Under the pieces are notes generated by a model that saw only the letters and a list, made by a program, of their open reading frames with translations, had not been told where the DNA came from and did no database searches. From the NCBI GenBank assembly GCA_050084985.1, contig JBITNC010000002.1, positions 25,482,001 through 25,546,000 of the forward strand: DNA of 64,000 nt, given 5' to 3'. This DNA comes from Nageia nagi. Its lineage: Eukaryota; Plantae; Pinophyta. The position numbers and the translations under genes were made by a program. Shown here one piece after another: positions 57,101 through 64,000 of this stretch. The first letter of the stretch is position 1; every line of letters starts with the position of its first letter.

Positions 57101-60100
57101 AAGATCCCAAAGGTCTTCCGCTGATTCAAATCTCTACTTGAAGATTTAAAGTGGTATGCGAAGATTGATAAGGACTTATCACCTCTCTTGTAATTGCTTA
57201 TATGGATGATTTGATAATAACAAGTGATGATGCAGTAGAGATTTATAATTTCAAAGAAAGATATGAAGAACTTTGAAATGACAGATTTAGGACTGGTCCA
57301 TTACTGTCTTGGAGTGGAAGTTTGGCAAAATTCTAGGGAAATTTTTATTTTACAAGCTAAGTATGTGAAGGAAATATTGCAAAAGTTTAGAATGCAAAAT
57401 TGCAAATCAACTCTAACTCCCATGGAAACGGGAACAAAATTAGTTGTTGATGAAGAAGGAGAACTAGTAGATAGCATCTTGTTTAGACAACTAGTTGGTA
57501 GTCTAATCTATTTGACTACAACTAGGCCAGATATGTTGAATTCAGTAGGTATGCTATCTAGGTTCATGAATTGTCCGAAATAGGGTCATTGGAAAGTAGG
57601 AAAGAGAATGCTAAGGTACTTGCAAGGCACTCTACAATTTGGCTTGATGTTTATGTACAATGCAAACTTCAAACTTGAAGGATACTTAAACTCTGATTGG
57701 GTAGGTTGTTAAGACACCAAAAAATCTACATTAGTATATTGCTTACATCTTAGTTCAACATCAGTTTCATGGAGTAGTAAGAACCAACCCACAAATGCAC
57801 TGTCATCCACAAAAGCAGAGTACAAAGCAGCTGTAGAAGCAACCAGGGAAGCCATTTGGCTTTGAAATTCATGAATATCTTGGTTTTGAGCAAGCAACAC
57901 CAACCAAAAATTTATTGTGAAAATCAGTGTCTTGAAGATTGCAAAGAATCCAGTGTTCCAAGCATGTACCGAACACATTGAGGTGCACCATCATTATATC
58001 AGGGAGAAAATTCAAAATGGACGAGTACAGCTGATCTAAAAGCTAAAAAATAGCAGTCGGCAGAAATATTTACAAAGCCTCTCAGCATTCCGAAATTTCA
58101 GTATTTCAGAAATGAACTTGGGTTAGGAATAAATGAAGTAAATCATAAGGGGGGTGTTAGAACTTACAAGATTAGATTATAATATTTATTTCATATTAGC
58201 TGTCTATGTGCATTGTTCTATGATAGGGCCTTGACTTGCTTGGCTCCACTAGTGCCTACTAGCTGTTGTATGAAATCTGATACAATAGCGATGGAATTGC
58301 ATTTATTCATTAAACTGGAAAAGCTTGGTTCTTCTGGGTGCCCCAGTTTTTTTGTTTCTCCCCCATGCCTTTCCAATCCCCCCTATCAATAAAAAATGTC
58401 CATTCCTCAACTATCTCTGGTTGCACCTGCCTCTCGATACCTGGCCATAAAGGCTCCAACTTGTAATTGATAAGCTGATGCCCCTTGGATAATAATAATG
58501 GGCGAACAGGGATGGATTGTAAGCTGGACTTGGGAACTGTGAGTGAACTGGTGCCGAAGCTCACCTGCTGGAGAATTCTTAATAAGGGGCCCCCAATGTG
58601 CTCAAATCCAAGGTTAAGTCTGTATTGAATGCTCCCAACCAACTTAAAAAGTTTTGGTGCTGATCAGATCTGTTAGGTGGTCTTAATTAAGCTAGTATAA
58701 GGCTATAAATACAGCCAATATCTGCATGTATTATTATCAAAAGTGAGCAATTCACATCTGTTCATTGTAGACCAACTCTGCATCTTTGGGTGTTGTACTC
58801 ATTCAGCTGTTCTCTGCTCCATCACTTACCTGCAAACTGTAAAACACATTATGCATATTGGCATTATGACATATGTAGTTCAATTTCAGGTATGGAAATT
58901 TAATTCAGCTTTGGAACAGTCTATGTTATGTTCATGATGTTTTGTTTGGTACATCATTGTTGGTTGAAATATGATTAAATAATTTAGAACTGTGATTGAT
59001 AATGATATGTAAAATTTTTCAGAACAGATCTTACTATTTATGTATGCTTGAATGTATGGGAGAAACAAGAAAAAGGTAGTACATTTTTGAATTTTTGGAT
59101 ATCCCTGTGACGTTCCTAAAAAATATTCTCTTGTACCTAGCCATCCTAATTACCCATCCCAACATCCCTTGCTGTCCCTGTCCTCTGTACTATGTGTACC
59201 AGTAATTGTGTACAGTTCGGTGTTTGTTTGAGACTGCTTTTATAAGCTTCAAGGGTAAGCACTTTTCAGTGGGTATCTGAAGAAATATTATTTCGTTTCC
59301 TTCACTTGAATCGAGCAAATGTGACAAGTCCAGTTGCTTCCGGGCGTAAAATGATGTGTCTCCAGACTCTCCACTCAATTAGTACAGGCAACTTGGACAT
59401 GACCAGGTGGAACCCGAATTAAATTAGGCTAATTGTACTAAATATAATAAAGATGATTGATGAACATAATCAGGAGGTCTTATGTCATCACTTTTTGTGA
59501 ATGATGCATTTTTTTCTTGTGCAATCATCCAAAAGCTTACATTATTATCTAGATGTCCTTGATAGCATTCTTAGCATGATCGGGGTGAAACATGGTTGCC
59601 CACTCTCCCCTACTCTCTTTGGTCTATACATTGATGAGTTAGAGTCCTTTGTTTTAGAGACCTTTGGTCCATATATGGGTTGCCTTCTTTATGGTAGTCG
59701 GATTTCCATCCTCCTCTTTGTTGATGATATAGTATTGCTTTCTCACATTGTAGAGGGTTTACAAGGTCTGTTGGATGCCATGAATTCCTTCAATGCTAGA
59801 TAGTAATTAGTAGTAAACCTAGGAAAGACTATTGTTTTGGTGTTAAATGCCTCTAGGAGCTTGATAGACCAATCACAATTCACCTTACACAATAGTGTGG
59901 TTGAGATCATCTCCTCCTACACCTACTTGGGAGTACTCTTTGCAGGTCCCAAGTTCTCTATGAGAGCAGCTACCTCACCTAGGATTCACAATGATTATGC
60001 AACAATCCCTTCCCTTTTGAGACAAAGTATTCAGGTCCATTTTGAGGACATACTGTCCAAGCTTCAACTTTTTCAGACATTAGTCTCCTTTACAGTGCCC

Positions 60101-63100
60101 TATGTTGCAAAGGTTTTGGGACTGAGTTTAAGACCAACTAATTGGATAACTACAGAGAGGTTATAGATCAACACTTTATCTCGATTCATGTGGAGCAAGA
60201 TGACCGTTCCTTACATTATCATGCTTGCATAGTTTGATTGCTTCACTAGTTCTATTTTTCTGTCATCTTCTTAATCTAGTATGCTGCTCTGATGACACAA
60301 ATTGACTCCCTTGTAGGGCCCTTGCTTCCTCGAGGGATCTAGCAGCACAAGGATGTTGTTGGTGTTGGTATTCGAAGGCCTCAAAGGCATTGCAACATTT
60401 TGGTTTCTCCTTGGACAGCCTCCCATTGTCAGATGGAGATGTTGCTGAGTCTTGACGACACTCATTGACTTCTACTCGAGAGATACTATACAAACCCTTA
60501 ATTCAAACCACTTGGGTGACCCCACAATAGCCCCTCTCATCCAAAATTGTTGACTATTTTCTATACTTCCTCCATGTCCTCCTAGCTACATCAATCTACA
60601 TATGCCGCTTGGGCTGAGGATTTTCCTTGGACAACTCCAAGTTTTCTCACATCAGTTGAGGATTGAGATATATCACCACCTAGTGCGAGATTTACTAGTT
60701 TGCCAGTTGTGTTCTCTTAAGATAGAGTCCGAGGAGCATTTCATCTTTCATTGTACTGTTTATTATGAGATCGGGGGCATTACCATTGCCTTTTTCGTGA
60801 CTCCCATAGCTTACTGATCACCTTCTTCCAGTATCTTGATCAACAATGCATTGCCCTCTATATTAGAGAGACCTTCCGCTTTGGAAAGTCTCCTTTTTTT
60901 TGTCTCAGCACTTGACAAGATTTCACCATACCACCTCCTTCTTTTGGGCCACCTCAGAGTTCATAAGAGGAAAAGAGAGGACAACTCTCATCCCCACCTT
61001 TGCACTAGACAACTCCTACATGACTCTCTTGATCTTTTACAGACTCGACAAATCTTGTCCTACTTATCTTCCAACAGCGCTACCACAGGTTTGACTATGA
61101 GGACCGCCAAGGCCCCCACCAGGCTAGACAAACAAAGCACCCCCACGGTCCATCCTAATGAGGCCTGGGAGGGGTTCGGTTTGTTGACCTTTCCAACGCC
61201 TAATACATCATGTTGTATTTTTGTTTTAGGGTTTCAGCCCCCTTCATTGTACTCACTTAGGTGGTAGGTGTTTATTTTTCTGCTTTGTTTTTTAAGGCAG
61301 CCACTTTGAGGGTCCTGCTTGCTTTTTATCATGCTTGTATCCTCTAGATCCATTGACCGCTTTTCGTCACCCATGGACATTAATATGTTTTTTTTTTCTT
61401 TTCTTTCTTAATTTGAATTTATATCAAATAGCATTTCTTTCAATGTTCGCAGTTTATGCTGGTTTGAGGATTGCCAGTCATTGTTGGTAACAGAAACTTT
61501 TGCAATCAAAGTTTATTTTTCCTGTGATTTAGGATCGGACGTATTTATTTGATATCTAGTGTTTTGTAATTAATAGCTTATTTTAAAGTTTGATTCCAAG
61601 TTGTAACTATTAAGCATATTATGCCTCATAACAATCAGTGTTTTGTTAATTAATCTGTTCCTAACTTTCTTTTGAAAAGCAAAGAGCAGGATTAATGTAA
61701 GGGACCTTAAATATGATTCTTGTTGTGTAAAACTAGGTGTTATATTTCTCGTATCATAAAACAATTTTTTTGACATTTGTCTTACTTTATATTCAGATAT
61801 GTGGCTCTTAATATGTTAATGAAGGCGGTCATTGTGGATTTTCAAGCAGTACAGAGGCATCGAACAACCATCTTAGAATGTGTTAAGGTGATCTGCTGTT
61901 GCATGTTTTTCTTTTTTGTCATTCAATGCTTATGGATGCAGATTATGAATATCACACTGGTGTCGTACTTCTAAAGGACTTTGCGATTGCCTGCAATATT
62001 TTTAGTTCTTACTACCTTAGAGTTGACTGAGTTTTACTTTTATATGGTTTGCTTACATATTTAGACATATTAAATTAGAGAGATGCCTTTAAAGAGAAAC
62101 AAGGAAAGAAAGCAGGGTTATAAAACTAACGATTAGATTGCATAAATGTTGGCCAAGGATAGTGAGGCAAAGTGCAATTATCATAGAGGTTGTAAAATTT
62201 TGTCTTGTAGATTACGGTGAAGCTCATTTTACTTCCTATAAAAAAATTAATCATTTACGAGTAGCTATATGCATGTTTTTGATATCTCCATTTGTTTCTG
62301 GATGCTGTATGTGCTGTGTGCTATATCAAGCATCTTTGACCCAACTCAAGTAATGGGCGATAATGCTGGGTTGTAGTTGGAAATTGTATAACTTTAACTT
62401 GCTTTTGAGATGATTGGTTCTCCATTTATCAATGATTTTGCCTGAAGAGTGCCTTCCTATGGGCTTGTTGATTAGTCTCTCGTGATCAGACTGAGTTGTT
62501 GATCTGGTGCAGTGCAATTGTTAACAGTCTGATATCAATCAAATTTGTTTTGGCAGACTGATTTTTATGTTTTCGGGCCTTATCATACACACTATTTTGT
62601 ATGCATACTGTAACATCCTGTATTCCCTATGTTCTGGATATATTTTTGTATTTGTAAGTGCTATTTATGGTTTTAATTCCTTTAACCAATCATGATTCTG
62701 GCAGTCAGCATGTCAGTTATAATTGTTTTCAAGTAGGCAAGATAATCAAGAAGTGTTTTATCTCTGGTTTTAGTGTATATTTGTCTTCTTTTATGCTTGA
62801 AATCAAATTTTCAGCACATTTAAACTTCAGCTGTGTGAAGTGAGAATTTGCTGTTTGAAGCTAATGATGATGCATATCAAGAATGTATGTAGGACGATTT
62901 GTTGTTCAGTAAGTGTAATAATGTAATATGAATAGACACACTTGTTTAAAGTCAAAATTTTGGAGCCTTATTGTAAGGCAAGATTTTTGGGTATAAGTAG
63001 TACCGACTACCTTTTCTTATGCATCAGCATATTATATATGCACAGAGTAGCTGCATGAGCATTTTTTCTTACTATTCTGACTATTTAACGTAAGTGCTTT

Positions 63101-63408
63101 ATCAAATATGTTTCATCTGTTTAGTTTTCTTACTGCAAATCATAACCAAGTTGACACTTTCACACAAGGCTGTGAAGGTAAGATCACATGCTATATTCTG
63201 TCAAACTCCTGGATTTCTTAAATTGACTTTTTGATTTTTAACAGGACTCGGATGTCTCAATAAGGAAAAGAGCTTTGGAGCTTGCATTCCTTCTTGTCAA
63301 TGATAGTAATGTGAAGCCATTAACAAAAGAACTGCTTGATTATTTGGAAGTAAGCGATCCTGAATTCAAGGGTGATCTTACTGTCAAAATATGCTCTATT
63401 GTTGAAAA
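15153..63408 (+). CDS. AP1G: AP-1 complex subunit gamma (gamma-adaptin), 5' part, Adaptin_N region; join(15153..15184,29583..29885,30055..30196,30456..30629,49855..50031,50671..50825,61797..61887,63245..63408); 3'-partial
   Basis: The joined exons give one stop-free frame, [30 protein letters not shown]...KICSIVE(K), matching plant gamma-adaptin throughout. All junctions are GT-AG with consistent phases. Confidence 0.96.
15410..15480. repeat. ~34-bp tandem duplication near the start of intron 1
   Basis: AAAAATGGAAGAAGTGGAGAAATTAGG(G/T)TTGGTG occurs twice. Confidence 0.85.
22050..22990 (-). mobile_element. L1-type LINE ORF1 fragment (DUF4283-like) inside the hAT element
   Basis: Minus strand [35 protein letters not shown] resembles plant L1 ORF1. 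Boundaries are approximate. Confidence 0.55.
26555..26790. repeat. Degenerate ~30-bp tandem repeat (AACAGTTTTGACTGTTACTGTAGAAAA-like) in the hAT 5' region
   Basis: Several imperfect copies read directly. Confidence 0.8.
26809..26987. repeat. 30-bp minisatellite (AGGCCTAGGATTGACAGCAAAACGACAGTA, ~6 copies) in the hAT 5' region
   Basis: Identical units at 26851 and 26881, a near-identical unit at 26911, and degenerate flanking units. Explains the repetitive ORFs at 26772 and 26812. Confidence 0.95.
27530..29030 (-). mobile_element. Decayed non-LTR retrotransposon (RT remnant), probably related to the 59500-61400 LINE
   Basis: Minus strand [16 protein letters not shown] resembles the CCFVDFRKAFD RT motif. 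VSSHKL..EHFL resembles the C-terminal region of the 60600 copy. Confidence 0.55.
29583..29885 (+). CDS. AP1G: AP-1 gamma exon 2 ([10 protein letters not shown]...VTNSLK(Q))
   Basis: Acceptor CTACAG| at 29582; donor CA|GTATCCTAT; near-identical to plant gamma-adaptins. Confidence 0.97.
29886..30054 (+). other. U12-type (minor spliceosome) GT-AG intron, intron 2 of AP-1 gamma
   Basis: 5' splice site GTATCCTAT (U12 consensus RTATCCTTT). Branch sequence TTTTCTTGAC at 30036-30045 (consensus TTCCTTRAY), with branch A ~10 nt upstream of the 3' AG. Confidence 0.85.
30055..30196 (+). CDS. AP1G: AP-1 gamma exon 3 ([47 protein letters not shown])
   Basis: TTTTTAG| acceptor; AAG|GTAACA donor; homologous translation. 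Confidence 0.97.
30456..30629 (+). CDS. AP1G: AP-1 gamma exon 4 ([19 protein letters not shown]...EKHHGVL...VDYLRK)
   Basis: TTGTAG| acceptor; AAG|GTAAAA donor. Manual translation (not in the ORF track). Confidence 0.96.
34651..35418. mobile_element. Non-autonomous hAT-like MITE
   Basis: Flanks AGAAATTA / AGAAATTC (8-bp TSD, 7/8 match); ends TAGGGATA.. / ..CATGTAACATTG; GGGATG/CATCCC-rich subterminal motifs. A related copy lies at ~51913. Confidence 0.65.
35635..36060. repeat. ~200-bp tandem duplication
   Basis: AACATGC(G/A)AGTATAGAGG..TACTCCAAACATGCAAAAA..TTGCATGGTAGGG is repeated at ~35637 and ~35836. Confidence 0.85.
36150..37503 (-). mobile_element. Probable solo LTR in reverse orientation
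   Basis: TG..CA bounded (TGTAAAG.. / ..GCCAAACA). Contains CACAAAGATATAACCAGGTTCACCCC, typical of reversed plant LTRs. No convincing TSD. Confidence 0.45.
38850..46928 (-). mobile_element. Second degenerate hAT element (DUF659 + dimerisation domain) in intron 4, split by a Copia insertion
   Basis: Minus-strand [25 protein letters not shown] joins (S)[12 protein letters not shown] across the Copia. Also [12 protein letters not shown] and [24 protein letters not shown]. Putative terminus ..CCCCTTGGAACATTG at 46928; left boundary unresolved. Internal ~260-bp duplication at 39960/40220. Confidence 0.75.
40583..45336 (+). mobile_element. Ty1/Copia LTR retrotransposon, near full-length but pseudogenised (LTRs 40583-40979 and 44863-45336)
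   Basis: Paired LTRs TGTTGGAG..GCTCAAAAATT(A/G)TTTCA; TSD TTGAA/CTGAA; PBS TGGTATAAGAGC (tRNA-iMet-like) at 40983; PPT AAGGGGGAG at 44852. Coding motifs: [15 protein letters not shown] knuckle, [12 protein letters not shown] protease, integrase, [10 protein letters not shown] and LYVDDL RT, GYSDSDW..STS RNase H. Confidence 0.95.
47361..49680 (+). mobile_element. Probable LTR remnant (PPT + LTR) interrupted by a hAT MITE
   Basis: GAGAGGGAG is immediately followed by TGTTG at 47370. The end is not defined. Confidence 0.4.
47407..48504. mobile_element. Non-autonomous hAT element / MITE (~1.1 kb)
   Basis: Perfect 14-bp TIRs CAATGTTTTAAAGT / ACTTTAAAACATTG and perfect 8-bp TSD TTTTAAAA (47399-47406 and 48505-48512). 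Confidence 0.92.
49855..50031 (+). CDS. AP1G: AP-1 gamma exon 5 ([43 protein letters not shown]...DILAQ)
   Basis: TTGCAG| acceptor; CAA|GTAAAC donor; homologous translation. Confidence 0.96.
50671..50825 (+). CDS. AP1G: AP-1 gamma exon 6 ([24 protein letters not shown]...[21 protein letters not shown](R))
   Basis: TTCTAG| acceptor; CAG|GTAAAG donor; manual translation. Confidence 0.97.
51913..52776. mobile_element. Non-autonomous hAT-like MITE, related to 34651-35418
   Basis: Starts TAGGGATACGTGGTGATGCAT (cf. TAGGGATATAGTGTAATGCAT); GGGAT/ATCCC-rich subterminal motifs; ends near GCTATGTAA. Confidence 0.55.
53604..55200 (-). mobile_element. 5'-truncated, internally deleted L1 LINE (ORF2 remnants, probable RNase H-like C-terminus, poly(A))
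   Basis: Minus strand [36 protein letters not shown] and [13 protein letters not shown] are L1 ORF2 motifs. T-run at 53604-53611 is the poly(A) tail. Confidence 0.8.
55234..58824 (+). mobile_element. Internally deleted Ty1/Copia element (LTRs 55234-55548 and 58155-58824; lacks PBS, gag and protease)
   Basis: Homologous LTRs TGTTAGAA..CCATCA; TSD CTCAC/CTTAC; PPT AAGGGGGG at 58147. Coding motifs: integrase ([23 protein letters not shown]), RT (GCKWIY, FEMTDLG) and RNase H remnants. Confidence 0.92.
59520..61410 (+). mobile_element. 5'-truncated non-LTR retrotransposon (RT + C-terminal CCHC; RTE-X/L2-like)
   Basis: [37 protein letters not shown] and YTYLG RT motifs; C-terminal [21 protein letters not shown]; T/TTTC-rich 3' end. 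Clade assignment is inference. Confidence 0.85.
61797..61887 (+). CDS. AP1G: AP-1 gamma exon 7 ([30 protein letters not shown])
   Basis: ATTCAG| acceptor; AAG|GTGATC donor; homologous translation. Confidence 0.96.
63245..63408 (+). CDS. AP1G: AP-1 gamma exon 8 ([54 protein letters not shown](K))
   Basis: TTAACAG| acceptor; AA|GTAAGC donor; manual translation. Confidence 0.96.
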
Positions 63409-64000
63409 GTAAGCCAAATTTCCTTGTTATGCAATGCATTTGTATTTCATTTTTGATAAGTTGTGGAATCGTGTGCTCCATGATGAAGGCATAAGTTAGT
63501 TTCAAATTTTGCCGATTCTGGACAATGATCGCAAATGATAAATCTATACCACATTTTAATTATCATAGTCGAGAAACGTGGACTTGGTGTTGGCAAAAAC
63601 ATCCAAAGAAAATGAATGTTTTCATTGAAAACAAGTTATTTTCATGCATATCACAATAAATTAACATTATACAAATCGAAAATTAATGCTGCAAGTGATA
63701 CAACCTTGAACTCAATAACTCAATAGGCCCACTATCTAATGTATTGCAATGCCTTTGCCCTTGTTGAAACTCAAGTCCTCTCTCTTTGTGCCGATGCTCA
63801 TGTCTTCTTGTTCCTTTCCCGCTAATTCCATTGCTATTCTTTCAAACTTATCCATTGAAAAGAGAGACTCTTGTTACTGCTCTTTTGCCATGTTGATCCT
63901 TATTTCACCCTTCGTGGGCTGACTGCCCTCTGTGTTGGCTAGTTCGTACCCTTTCATTTGCTGGGTACCCTGACTCGGCCCTTTGCCTTGTTGGCTTGTC

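Noticed and set aside
63720-64000. Next AP1G exon or the start of a new TE
   Set aside because: The expected continuation (FSP..WYID) was not found, and the segment is too short to classify.

Overview
AT-rich, CpG-depleted eukaryotic DNA from a plant with a very large genome. A gymnosperm-type genome is inferred from the intron sizes, the TE content and the protein sequence. The only intact host gene is the 5' part of an AP-1 complex gamma subunit (gamma-adaptin) gene on the + strand. Eight coding exons were mapped by hand: 15153-15184, 29583-29885, 30055-30196, 30456-30629, 49855-50031, 50671-50825, 61797-61887 and 63245-63408. They join in frame, and the gene continues past the window end. 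Introns 1, 4 and 6 are about 14.4, 19.2 and 11.0 kb and are filled with nested, decayed TEs: hAT elements and MITEs with TSDs, two Copia elements with paired LTRs, and L1 and RTE-X/L2-like LINEs. Intron 2 is a 169-nt GT-AG intron with U12 (minor spliceosome) signatures. The first ~14 kb is intergenic TE debris: a decayed Copia, a Gypsy gag remnant, and a CACTA end next to a tandemly amplified PPR-gene fragment. I found no clearly new biological system. The best leads are the U12 intron, candidate recursive splice sites in the giant introns, the PPR-fragment array beside a CACTA terminus, and a few unexplained intron-1 elements.
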